Shown one piece after another: positions 17,574 to 25,025 of a stretch of DNA of 25,025 bases (the stretch's first letter is position 1; each line of letters starts with the position of its first letter). A program made the position numbers and the translations under genes. Under the pieces are notes generated by a model that was not told where the DNA came from, did no database searches, and worked only from the letters and a program-made list of their open reading frames with translations. This DNA is from a virus (lineage: Duplodnaviria > Caudoviricetes), in the IMG/VR virus record IMGVR_UViG_3300022921_000097, positions 1 to 25,025 of that record; one strand, 5' to 3'.

Positions 17574-17595
17574 CACTAATAGGCTGAATCGTTAC
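17571..17595 (-). promoter_or_regulatory. Conserved late-promoter-like motif, copy just downstream of the capsid terminator
   Basis: GTAACGATTCAGCCTATTAGTGATG on the - strand. Confidence 0.75.
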
Positions 17596-17607
17596 CCAGA
17601 TATGCGA

Positions 17608-17635
17608 GCGGCGGGGAGCCGAAGCCCCCCGCCAC
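17608..17635 (-). terminator. GC-rich hairpin after the major capsid gene (terminator or stability hairpin)
   Basis: GTGGCGGGGGGC-TTCG-GCTCCCCGCCGC: 12-bp stem with G-U pairs and a cUUCGg loop, 17 nt after the capsid stop; no clear U-tract. Confidence 0.75.
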
Positions 17636-17652
17636 CAGCATCACATGGTTGA

Positions 17653-18615
17653 TCAGGCTGTGCGGCCGGTCAACTTGCCCTGACGGCTACGGTTACGAAC
17701 CGTGAGGTTGCCGTAGCAGAAGATCAGCGCATAACGGGCATCCATGTTCTCAGGACGGACGAACTCCGTCTGCGAGAACCACTTGCCTGAGTGGCCGACG
17801 AGGGTCAGGTACTTGCTGTTGATGAAGAACATGTTGCCCGAAGGAGCATCCACGTCGTACACCACCGGAGCCGACTTGAACAGCAGGTTCTGGAACCCGA
17901 GGTTCGCCTTGTCGGTGTCCGTGTAGCGGAGTTGCGGCGTAAGCAGCGACTCGTACTTCTCAAACAGAGTCTGAGTGGTCAGGATCATGTCCGGATGGTC
18001 GTTGCCAACCGAGCAGGTGTTGTAAGCGGTGGTCATGTCCGCAGTGGTCAGCGCACCAGCGGTGCCCTCTTCGTACGAAGCCCAGAACCCGTTGCCTGAA
18101 CCGGCCGGATCGATGCCGCCCGCAACAGCGGTCGCATCAATCAGGTTGCCCAGACCGTTCCAAGTCTTGCCCGAGTCGGTGCCACCAGCACCAAGGGTGT
18201 CGGTGCCATCACCGAAGAACATGGCGTTGAAGCCTTCCTTCATGGACTCCTCGGCCTGCATGACCTTGGCTTCCAGAAGGTTGATGATTGCAGCCTCGCC
18301 GTTGTTCTTGGCCTCTTCGATGCCCGAGATAGCGATGGACGCAGCGTACTGCTTCCACTCAAACTCGGCCGCCGAAATGCCTTCTTGCGGGGTCAAAGCA
18401 ATCGTGTCGTAGCCCGAGTACACACCAACGGTGCTGTTCTCACCGTAGATGAGGGGCTCAACAATCTTGGTGCCGCCATCGACCATGCGAAGGCGACCGT
18501 TCTCCATGAGATGGTTGGTAAGGGGACGTGCATTGAACACGTTGTCGGTCAACTGATCACGGTAGTTCGCAATCGTTGTTGACAACAGTTCGTCAAAGTT
18601 GCTGTTTCCAGCCAT
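17653..18615 (-). CDS. Major capsid protein
   Basis: 320 aa after the scaffold; AGGAG SD; strongly biased codon use; LSTT...LTDNVF, GLGNLI, PDMILTT, GFQNLLFK, RQGKL patterns of HK97-fold capsids; followed by a hairpin. Confidence 0.9.
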   Translation of the reverse strand: MAGNSNFDELLSTTIANYRDQLTDNVFNARPLTNHLMENGRLRMVDGGTKIVEPLIYGENSTVGVYSGYDTIALTPQEGISAAEFEWKQYAASIAISGIEEAKNNGEAAIINLLEAKVMQAEESMKEGFNAMFFGDGTDTLGAGGTDSGKTWNGLGNLIDATAVAGGIDPAGSGNGFWASYEEGTAGALTTADMTTAYNTCSVGNDHPDMILTTQTLFEKYESLLTPQLRYTDTDKANLGFQNLLFKSAPVVYDVDAPSGNMFFINSKYLTLVGHSGKWFSQTEFVRPENMDARYALIFCYGNLTVRNRSRQGKLTGRTA

Positions 18616-18632
18616 GGTTTACTCCTAATGGA

Positions 18633-19451
18633 TCAAGTAACGCCGTACTGCCGCTTCGCAGCAGCCCAAGCGTCAGAAACTGAACGGATCGGTGACGTAT
18701 CTTCCAAGCCTTGCTCCGCAGCCGAAGCCCCGCCCGACACAATCCCGGCCTCACGCTTCGCATCCAGCACCGCCTGCTCCTGAGCAGTACGGTCACCCGC
18801 CAGACGTTCAGCCGCTTGAACCCGAGACATCAGCCGGTCAAAAGCCAACTGCTTGTACACGGCCTCCAGATTCGCGGAACCCTCGGCTAACGCCTTGGCT
18901 ACCACTTCCTGAGGGTCGAAATCATCACCGTATGTGGTTTGCAGCCGAGAAACCTCAGCCTCCAAACGCTGGTACGCACGTTCCTGTTCAAACTGTGCGA
19001 TCCGGCTATCAAGTTCCTTGACACGTGCGGCAACTGGATCGTCCCACTCGGCATCCCCAGCATCCTCGGCTGCCTGATCGGCAACCTGCTGGGCCTGAGC
19101 CTTCGTCAAACCATAATGGGTTTGAAGAAGATCAATCGTCCGTGCAGGATCGTTCTCCAAAGCCTGTGCCACAGCACTTGCCCACTGGAGGCTCTGTTTT
19201 TGCTGCGCCAATTCCTGCGTCTTACGGGTATAATCCGCTTGACGACTGTAACCGGCCACCGCCTCAGACAACGGAACCCGCACGTCCTCACCGTCAACTT
19301 TGACGACCACATGATGGTCGGCAAACTCGTCAACATTTAGGGTTGGTGCATCCGCCTGTACTTCGACGTTTCCGCCCACATCTTCGACTTGTCCACCATC
19401 CACTTCAACGGGGGCGGGGTCTACCACGGGGGCATCTGTTATTTCACTCAC
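18633..19451 (-). CDS. Capsid scaffolding protein
   Basis: Acidic N-terminus, VKVDGEDVRVPLSE...GYSRQADYTRKTQELA signature, coiled coils; directly upstream of the capsid gene. Confidence 0.9.
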   Translation of the reverse strand: MSEITDAPVVDPAPVEVDGGQVEDVGGNVEVQADAPTLNVDEFADHHVVVKVDGEDVRVPLSEAVAGYSRQADYTRKTQELAQQKQSLQWASAVAQALENDPARTIDLLQTHYGLTKAQAQQVADQAAEDAGDAEWDDPVAARVKELDSRIAQFEQERAYQRLEAEVSRLQTTYGDDFDPQEVVAKALAEGSANLEAVYKQLAFDRLMSRVQAAERLAGDRTAQEQAVLDAKREAGIVSGGASAAEQGLEDTSPIRSVSDAWAAAKRQYGVT

Positions 19452-19471
19452 TTAGAGTCCTTTCGGTTGCT

Positions 19472-19496
19472 CCTAATAATAGAGAAAGATCGTTAC
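19472..19496 (-). promoter_or_regulatory. Variant late-promoter-like motif upstream of scaffold/capsid (leadered)
   Basis: GTAACGATCTTTCTCTATTATTAGG on the - strand, followed by a ~20-nt leader with AAAGGA before GTG 19451. Confidence 0.65.
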
Positions 19497-19609
19497 CTGC
19501 GTCCGTTACGGAACCGGATAAACACCTCTGCCGTCCCCCACGTAATCGCAGATAACACGCCAACAATCCAAGCCGTCACAAGCAACAAGACTTGGAAAGT
19601 TCTTTTCAC
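19493..19609 (-). CDS. Small membrane peptide (38 aa, MKRTFQVLLLVTAWIVGVLSAITWGTAEVFIRFRNGRR)
   Basis: Hand-translated; GTGA coupling to the upstream stop; single TM-like segment. Confidence 0.55.
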   Translation of the reverse strand: MKRTFQVLLLVTAWIVGVLSAITWGTAEVFIRFRNGRR

Positions 19610-19890
19610 CACTTCACTTTGTCAGCCCAATAAGCAGCCGACATTTTCCCTTTAGCAATATTCTTCGCATGACGGGCCTTGAACGACTCACGTCGTTTCC
19701 GATACGAAGCAGACTCACCAGATTTACTAGGAGAACCAGACACGCCCTGCTGCCCAAACCTGATGGTCTTGATCTTGTCGCCCTCTTTAGCAACAACAAT
19801 ATGAGACTTCGTTGGGTGATTCGGTGTTCGCTTCGGCTTGTTGTAGCCGTCAACACCAGCGGCCTTCAGCCTTGGGTCTTTCTCAGCCAT
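19606..19890 (-). CDS. Conserved basic phage protein of unknown function
   Basis: KTIRFGQQG...RRESFKARH...SAAYWA..VKW pattern, which I recognise from many aquatic phages; TGATG coupling. Confidence 0.8.
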   Translation of the reverse strand: MAEKDPRLKAAGVDGYNKPKRTPNHPTKSHIVVAKEGDKIKTIRFGQQGVSGSPSKSGESASYRKRRESFKARHAKNIAKGKMSAAYWADKVKW

Positions 19891-20030
19891 CAGTAATCCA
19901 TGTTGTTCCGACGAGCCTGCGACCTCTTAGCCGCAGTCTTCTTCGCCGGAACCTTCTTAGCGGCAGCCTTCTTCGCTGCGGCCTTACCAGCCTTCGTGTA
20001 CGGATACTTCTTTCCACCAACCATTGGCAT
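19890..20030 (-). CDS. Lys/Ala-rich basic peptide (46 aa, MPMVGGKKYPYTKAGKAAAKKAAAKKVPAKKTAAKRSQARRNNMDY)
   Basis: Hand-translated; GGAG SD; fills the gap after the portal and couples (TGATG) to the next gene. Confidence 0.8.
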   Translation of the reverse strand: MPMVGGKKYPYTKAGKAAAKKAAAKKVPAKKTAAKRSQARRNNMDY

Positions 20031-20039
20031 GGTTATCTC

Positions 20040-21839
20040 CTAACTGTTCGGAAGGGCAACGCCCATACGAGACGACAAAGCAGCAAGAACTGCGGGATCA
20101 ACACCCGACAACTCCATCGGGTTAGCGGCAGGCGGAGCCGCCACACCCGCCGGACCAGCCGGGGGCGGCTCCGACATCCCCGGCGGCAACGGGCCGGGAA
20201 GACCCGCCGGACCAGCCGGAGCCGCACCCTGAGGTGCGGGAGGTGCAAGAAACTCAGCCGGATTCTTGATACCGAACCCGAACTGCAACACGTGAGCGGC
20301 AAGCCGCTCCACGTTCACCACACCAGCAGAAGCAAACGGAGCCATCGCATCCACCATCTGCAACGCCATCTGGCGACGGAACGACTCATTGTTCGGAGCA
20401 GTCGAACCAGCCTCCACCTCAAAGTCAAACTCGCCGCTGATGTAATCACGATCAAACGTGATCCACATCGGCACACCATCAGAACCAGTCAACCGGGCAA
20501 CCTGCTCACCAGTCATGTACTGCTGCGCCAAAGCAACCATCCGAGACGCAACCTCTTGGATCGCACCCTCAATCGTCGCCAACTTGTCAGCAGCACGCGC
20601 ATTCGCAGCATCCTGCATGATCGCAGCCTCCGTCGCTGTGCGACGAATCTCCGGCAGCGCACCACGCTGATACTCCGACACACCCGTGATCTGCTCCACA
20701 TCACCCTGAATCAACTCAGACTGGTTGTAGAACTCCGGCGGAGTAATCACCGCCGGGAACGGAGCAACAACATTCGTCAACGGTTCATCGGACATCACAG
20801 GCACAAGCACATTGTCGTAATCCGACTCCAACGCGCCACGCCCATCAGAATCAAACGCCGACTCTTTGAACAAATACTTACGGGAGAACCGCTTACGATG
20901 ATTCATCATCTGTGTACGAGTTTCATTCAACTCGCGCTGCAACGGCTCAATCGCTTCCAAATCACCCAACGGATAGAAATGATCCGGAACGTCATAGTTA
21001 CGGATCATCACAAACGGATGACCAAACGCATACGGCATCTTCTTCGGAGGGATCAAGAACTGGTCGCCGCTGTCAGCAAACACTGACATCGTCTTCGACC
21101 GAAGATCGTAAAACTCCCAAATCTCACAATACGAATGGTTGTCATCGTGGATGCGCCGCTTACCCGGCTCATCCACAAACCGTGAACCAGCAGTCGGAGC
21201 AACCTCTTCACGCACCTTCTTCGCATAACGCTTATCGGCACGCACCTCAGCCAACGGACGACGGATACGTTGTGCGATCCATTTCAAATCACGCATCGAC
21301 GTAGCATCAGGATCAATAAACACATCGTACGGGGACACCCGTTCAACAAACGGGCGGTCCTCCGTGATCACAGTGATCGACGTGGACTCGCCACCCTCTT
21401 GATCATCCGAATACTCATCGGCCTCAGCAACCCGCTGCTCTTCCACATACCGGTAACCACACTTCAACCAGCCATGGCCCGTCACCAAAAAGTCTTTTAC
21501 GGCACGACGAAACTCGGGCTTCACCTTGTAATGCCGCCACCAATAGTTGATCACCGCTTCCGTGATGATCGCCTTTGGCGCATCATCCGGCTTCGTCGCA
21601 TTCACCGCAATCTTCGGATAGTTCACCGACACGGACGGCGCAATCACGTTCACCGTAGAGAACGCAATGTTGACCAGCAGACGATCCTCATCGGACGCAT
21701 ACTCGTAATGACGGCCACGGTACATATCGACAAGACGTTTCCACGTGCTGTCATACGCCTCCTCACGTCGCCACCGCTTAGAAGCATTCAGATGCTTCCG
21801 GAACTTCGCCAACTTGTCGGCGTTACTAGGGCGAGCCAT
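20040..21839 (-). CDS. Portal protein
   Basis: 599 aa between terminase and scaffold; ERVSPYDVFIDPDA, ITGVSEYQRG, RRTATEA motifs; Pro-rich tail. Confidence 0.9.
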   Translation of the reverse strand: MARPSNADKLAKFRKHLNASKRWRREEAYDSTWKRLVDMYRGRHYEYASDEDRLLVNIAFSTVNVIAPSVSVNYPKIAVNATKPDDAPKAIITEAVINYWWRHYKVKPEFRRAVKDFLVTGHGWLKCGYRYVEEQRVAEADEYSDDQEGGESTSITVITEDRPFVERVSPYDVFIDPDATSMRDLKWIAQRIRRPLAEVRADKRYAKKVREEVAPTAGSRFVDEPGKRRIHDDNHSYCEIWEFYDLRSKTMSVFADSGDQFLIPPKKMPYAFGHPFVMIRNYDVPDHFYPLGDLEAIEPLQRELNETRTQMMNHRKRFSRKYLFKESAFDSDGRGALESDYDNVLVPVMSDEPLTNVVAPFPAVITPPEFYNQSELIQGDVEQITGVSEYQRGALPEIRRTATEAAIMQDAANARAADKLATIEGAIQEVASRMVALAQQYMTGEQVARLTGSDGVPMWITFDRDYISGEFDFEVEAGSTAPNNESFRRQMALQMVDAMAPFASAGVVNVERLAAHVLQFGFGIKNPAEFLAPPAPQGAAPAGPAGLPGPLPPGMSEPPPAGPAGVAAPPAANPMELSGVDPAVLAALSSRMGVALPNS

Positions 21840-22027
21840 CAGAGTTCACCCGGCTGCGCCAACCAAGCCTGAGCCGTACGAGCCGCAAGGTTCCACACAG
21901 CAACAAGACCAGCAACAGCAGCAGCCTTGAAGAACGAAATGTCAACAACAGCAGCGGTCAACGGCGCAGCCGTTGCCCCCGCAACAAACGTGGCAGCAGC
22001 ACGCTTCAACGCTTCACGATATTCCAT
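21839..22027 (-). CDS. Putative holin (r1t-like, two TM segments)
   Basis: EALKRAAATFVA...AAAVAGLVAVWN resembles the 'ERA..TF.Q' r1t-type holins; 62 aa and hydrophobic. Confidence 0.55.
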   Translation of the reverse strand: MEYREALKRAAATFVAGATAAPLTAAVVDISFFKAAAVAGLVAVWNLAARTAQAWLAQPGEL

Positions 22028-22230
22028 TATCTCTCCTTACGGTCCAGATGCCACTCAATGTGATCATCAACTCGTTCCGACACGTGATCAACTTTCCGGT
22101 CAATCTGGTGCAACAAACTGGCATTCGACGCATGATCCCTGTTGTTCTCACGCCTAGTGCGTTCAATCAACGCCACCAGCACACCGCTGGGGGCGGCCAA
22201 CGCAATAACGATCTGCGCCCACGTCGGCAT
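22027..22230 (-). CDS. Small membrane-anchored coiled-coil protein of the type often found near actinophage lysis genes
   Basis: MPTWAQIVIALAAPSGVLVAL TM segment followed by IDRKVDHVSERVDDHIEWH. ATG 22230 preferred over 22398, which overlaps the upstream gene. Confidence 0.7.
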   Translation of the reverse strand: MPTWAQIVIALAAPSGVLVALIERTRRENNRDHASNASLLHQIDRKVDHVSERVDDHIEWHLDRKER

Positions 22231-22231
22231 C

Positions 22232-22459
22232 TCACACCCACTTGTTCCCGATGTATTCGATGTTGCGGCCCTCACGCTTCGCGGAATCAATGATCTCCCG
22301 CTCCTGCTCTTTGATCGTCTTGTCGTGAAACATCTGCTGCCCCTGCTGGAAACCGAACCGGATGCTCCCCACATGGCATTTGAAACACACCGCCCCACGC
22401 TTCGGAATCACATCAAACGTGAACGTACGGCCGCATTCCGTGCAATTTAGAGAACCCAT
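22232..22459 (-). CDS. Small zinc-ribbon protein
   Basis: CTEC...CFKC; begins at a late-motif copy (GTG 22462 or ATG 22459). Confidence 0.75.
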   Translation of the reverse strand: MGSLNCTECGRTFTFDVIPKRGAVCFKCHVGSIRFGFQQGQQMFHDKTIKEQEREIIDSAKREGRNIEYIGNKWV

Positions 22460-22481
22460 CACTAGATAGCCAGATCGTTAC
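22457..22481 (-). promoter_or_regulatory. Conserved late-promoter-like motif, copy after terL
   Basis: GTAACGATCTGGCTATCTAGTGATG on the - strand; its TAA is the terL stop. Confidence 0.75.
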
Positions 22482-24055
22482 CTGTTGGAACGGGCGTTGT
22501 GCGCGCCGATTGGCACCCTTTTGAACGCAGAATCCTCATCAATCTGAAAACGCTCAAACCATCCAAGACTGTACTTCGGAAGATTCTGTTCGCCCCGATA
22601 CTCCGGCAACCACACATACTTCAACATCTGCCAACAGATCGCCAAAGACATCACACGGTCATCATGCGGAGAACCATGCGTCCGACCATTCTGATCCCTG
22701 ATAAAAGCCTTCAACTCCGCCACAGTCCGAGAACAATAAATACCGATCTCGCTATCACGAATGGCCGCAGACAACTCATCAATAGCCAACGGCTTCGTAG
22801 CCGAAGTTGTTCGCCAACCCAACGTCTCCGTAGCCTCCGGATTCCGCTGCTGCAACTTGCGGGTACGGTACAGATTCCTGTACCCGTACCGCTGCGCCGC
22901 CTTCAACGTCGTCAACCCATGGTTGTTGTTCTCAATACCCAACAGCCCCGTGTTGTACAACCAGCCGATCTCACACAACAACTCGCCAAACAAATCCGGT
23001 TCGATGTGCCCATGCCAATGGGCAACAACATCCCCAGAATGGGCATCAACCACATGACACGACGAATAGTCGCCATGACCCAAACCCTCAGCCACGTCAG
23101 CCCCCAACACATACACACCCTGAGGCTCCGGTTCCGCCCACACCGCGAACTCGCCATCACCCGACTGACGCAACTCTGTATGCTTAGGGGAGAACGTGTG
23201 CAAATAGCCACGCCACGGCTCCTGAGGTTCGATGCTGACCAGACGGTCAACATCAAACACGGGGTTACCAGATTTGATAAACGCCTCTTCCGCTGAACGC
23301 GGATACTCCTGATGTAACTGCCATGACGGCATCGACTTCAACTTCGACGCATACCAATCATCATCACGATCACCAGCAGACCACGGGAAAAACAAACCAG
23401 AGAAACCATTGTTCCCAGACTCCGCACCAACCCACAACTGGTGGAAAAAGTTCCCAGAACCATTCGCCGTGCTAAGGCAGATGACACGGCCACCCACGTC
23501 AGCAATCGGCTCAATTGAAGCCCACGCTTCCTCAGGGTTCGGCAAGAACGCCATCTCATCCACAACCACCAGATACACCGACTCACCACGGGCAGGATCA
23601 TTACCACTAGGAAGAGACTCAATCGCAGACTCATTAGCAAACGTCATCTTCAACTGGTTATCCACAACCAGATCAGGGCCACGTTCTTTCATCCAGTCCG
23701 GCAAAAACTTGTACCCATACTTCGACTTCTGCAACAACTTCGCAGCCTCACGCTCAGTGCGAGACAACATGACCACAAACCGGTCACCAAAAAAGAACGT
23801 CAACCAAAACGAATACGCAGCAGCAACCGTAGAAAAACCAATCTGACGGGCTTTGAGAACAACCGAATAACGGTTGTTCATCCAATGATCAATCGTGTCT
23901 TCCTGCGCTTCACGCAAATCAAACTTGATACGCCCATCCTGAGGATGTTTGATATGCCAATAGTTCCGGCAAAAATAGGCGAACCCCTCGGCCGGATCAT
24001 CCCCGCCGACGCATCTGCGCCACTCACGTTCATTCAACAGTTCGTCTAAGTTCAA
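22478..24055 (-). CDS. terL: Terminase large subunit
   Basis: Walker A VLKARQIGFST, Walker B VVVDEMAF, LSTANG coupling motif, nuclease GADVAEG...DYS and HDDRVMS; TTG start overlapping the upstream stop. Confidence 0.95.
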   Translation of the reverse strand: MNLDELLNEREWRRCVGGDDPAEGFAYFCRNYWHIKHPQDGRIKFDLREAQEDTIDHWMNNRYSVVLKARQIGFSTVAAAYSFWLTFFFGDRFVVMLSRTEREAAKLLQKSKYGYKFLPDWMKERGPDLVVDNQLKMTFANESAIESLPSGNDPARGESVYLVVVDEMAFLPNPEEAWASIEPIADVGGRVICLSTANGSGNFFHQLWVGAESGNNGFSGLFFPWSAGDRDDDWYASKLKSMPSWQLHQEYPRSAEEAFIKSGNPVFDVDRLVSIEPQEPWRGYLHTFSPKHTELRQSGDGEFAVWAEPEPQGVYVLGADVAEGLGHGDYSSCHVVDAHSGDVVAHWHGHIEPDLFGELLCEIGWLYNTGLLGIENNNHGLTTLKAAQRYGYRNLYRTRKLQQRNPEATETLGWRTTSATKPLAIDELSAAIRDSEIGIYCSRTVAELKAFIRDQNGRTHGSPHDDRVMSLAICWQMLKYVWLPEYRGEQNLPKYSLGWFERFQIDEDSAFKRVPIGAHNARSNR

Positions 24056-24966
24056 CGGGGCACCCTGACCGAATAGTTAGTGTTCCGACGGAACGGCGAC
24101 TTACCCGGATGTTCCAACTGGATAGGACGGGTCTTCACCAACGCATTCCAATACGTCCCCTCGTTCTTCCACAACGCACCCAAATAACCGCCCTGACCAG
24201 CACCCTCAGCGTCCCGCAACACGGTCCGCAACCTGATCGCAGACTCGCCAGAAACACCATCAGAAGTCGACTCCCTGAAGATTGTTCGCAGGCGTTCCGC
24301 CGTGCTGGAGCCCTGACCTGAACCGGTCAGAACACCAAACGTCTCCCTAAGGGTCGAAGCCTGATCACCGGTCGTTGCACCACCTTGCCCTGTAGCGGTC
24401 CTGAATGCCCCCAGAATCGCATCAAACGTCGATCCGGACGTACCGGACGACACAGTCGTCTGGAACGTCTCACGAAGCCTGAGAGTCGTTTCAGAGGAAA
24501 CACCGGCAGTAGCAGCAGAACCAAACGTCTCACGCAAGAATGCGGCAGCCTGAGAGCCTTCAGCGAACTCGTCAACAGTTTGGAATGTTTCCCGCAACCG
24601 GACAGCAGAAGAACCACCAACACTGGTTTCCGCAGCAGACCTAAGAACAGTACGGACACGTGTCGCCGCCTCAGAAGACGACGACACCCCCGAAGCCGAA
24701 CGCAACACAGTACGCAGCCGCACAGCAGCAGAAGACCCAACACCAGCCCCGCTAGCGGTGTCCGACACGGTTCTGAGACGGGTCGCAGACGACCCGCCAA
24801 CACCAGAACCAGAAGCCGTCACCTCATAGACAACCGTCCCCCAATAAGACTTGTTGCCCCCATACTCAATGCCGGGATCAGCGTAAGCGTTCTCTACCGA
24901 TTCCTCATAGTAAAACGACGACTGGTCATAATCAGCCCCAGCATCGTTATACAGCACGTCGGCCAT
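24052..24966 (-). CDS. Repeat-rich putative virion fibre/decoration protein
   Basis: About ten 20-aa repeats anchored on RLR(T/E); Ser/Gly/Ala/Thr-rich; GAGG SD. Confidence 0.7.
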   Translation of the reverse strand: MADVLYNDAGADYDQSSFYYEESVENAYADPGIEYGGNKSYWGTVVYEVTASGSGVGGSSATRLRTVSDTASGAGVGSSAAVRLRTVLRSASGVSSSSEAATRVRTVLRSAAETSVGGSSAVRLRETFQTVDEFAEGSQAAAFLRETFGSAATAGVSSETTLRLRETFQTTVSSGTSGSTFDAILGAFRTATGQGGATTGDQASTLRETFGVLTGSGQGSSTAERLRTIFRESTSDGVSGESAIRLRTVLRDAEGAGQGGYLGALWKNEGTYWNALVKTRPIQLEHPGKSPFRRNTNYSVRVPR

Positions 24967-24973
24967 AACGGCC

Positions 24974-25025
24974 TCAGTCGTCTACGCGAATCATGAAGTT
25001 CAAAACAAAATACGGTTGAACCACA
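24974..25025 (-). CDS. 3' end of a tail-collar-domain fibre protein (partial)
   Basis: ...VVQPYFVLNFMIRVDD-stop matches the QP(Y/F)xxLN(F/Y)II C-terminus typical of tail-collar-domain proteins. Confidence 0.7.
   Translation of the reverse strand, partial: VVQPYFVLNFMIRVDD

Noticed and set aside
19812-21086. 424-aa + strand ORF and similar long antisense ORFs (10791-11927, 16652-17404, 22499-23296)
   Set aside because: Shadow frames of well-supported - strand genes; no motifs; His/Arg-rich composition typical of antisense reading.
22230-22398. N-terminal extension of the 123-aa ORF
   Set aside because: Overlaps the zinc-ribbon gene; ATG 22230 gives a clean coupled start.
1-25025. tRNA, integrase, transposase or prophage boundary
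   Set aside because: No cloverleaf, recombinase motifs or host genes recognised; intergenic space is minimal, and lifestyle cannot be determined from this window.

Overview
The whole window is part of a tailed dsDNA phage genome. It is probably podovirus-like (adaptor and nozzle followed by large ejection-type proteins; no tape measure or tail tube seen), and a WhiB gene points to an actinobacterial host. Two gene arms converge at 7656-7659. The + arm (1-7659) carries WhiB, two HTH regulators, a Cas4-like Fe-S nuclease, a probable SSB, an SF4 helicase, an AEP primase-polymerase, RusA, a PD-(D/E)XK nuclease, a sigma-region-4/Nmad1 fusion and an endolysin. The - arm (25025-7656) carries a tail-collar fibre end, a 20-aa-repeat protein, TerL, holin-like genes, portal, scaffold, major capsid, adaptor, nozzle and four internal-virion-type proteins; the largest (1440 aa) has an embedded ParB/Srx-like domain. 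The most notable unannotated signal is a compact ~25-bp motif (GTAACGA-N5-C-N4-TAGT(G)ATG) found in front of five late-function genes on both strands. In four copies it ends on the start codon, which suggests a phage-specific, mostly leaderless late promoter system. All protein assignments come from motif recognition by eye, without database searches.
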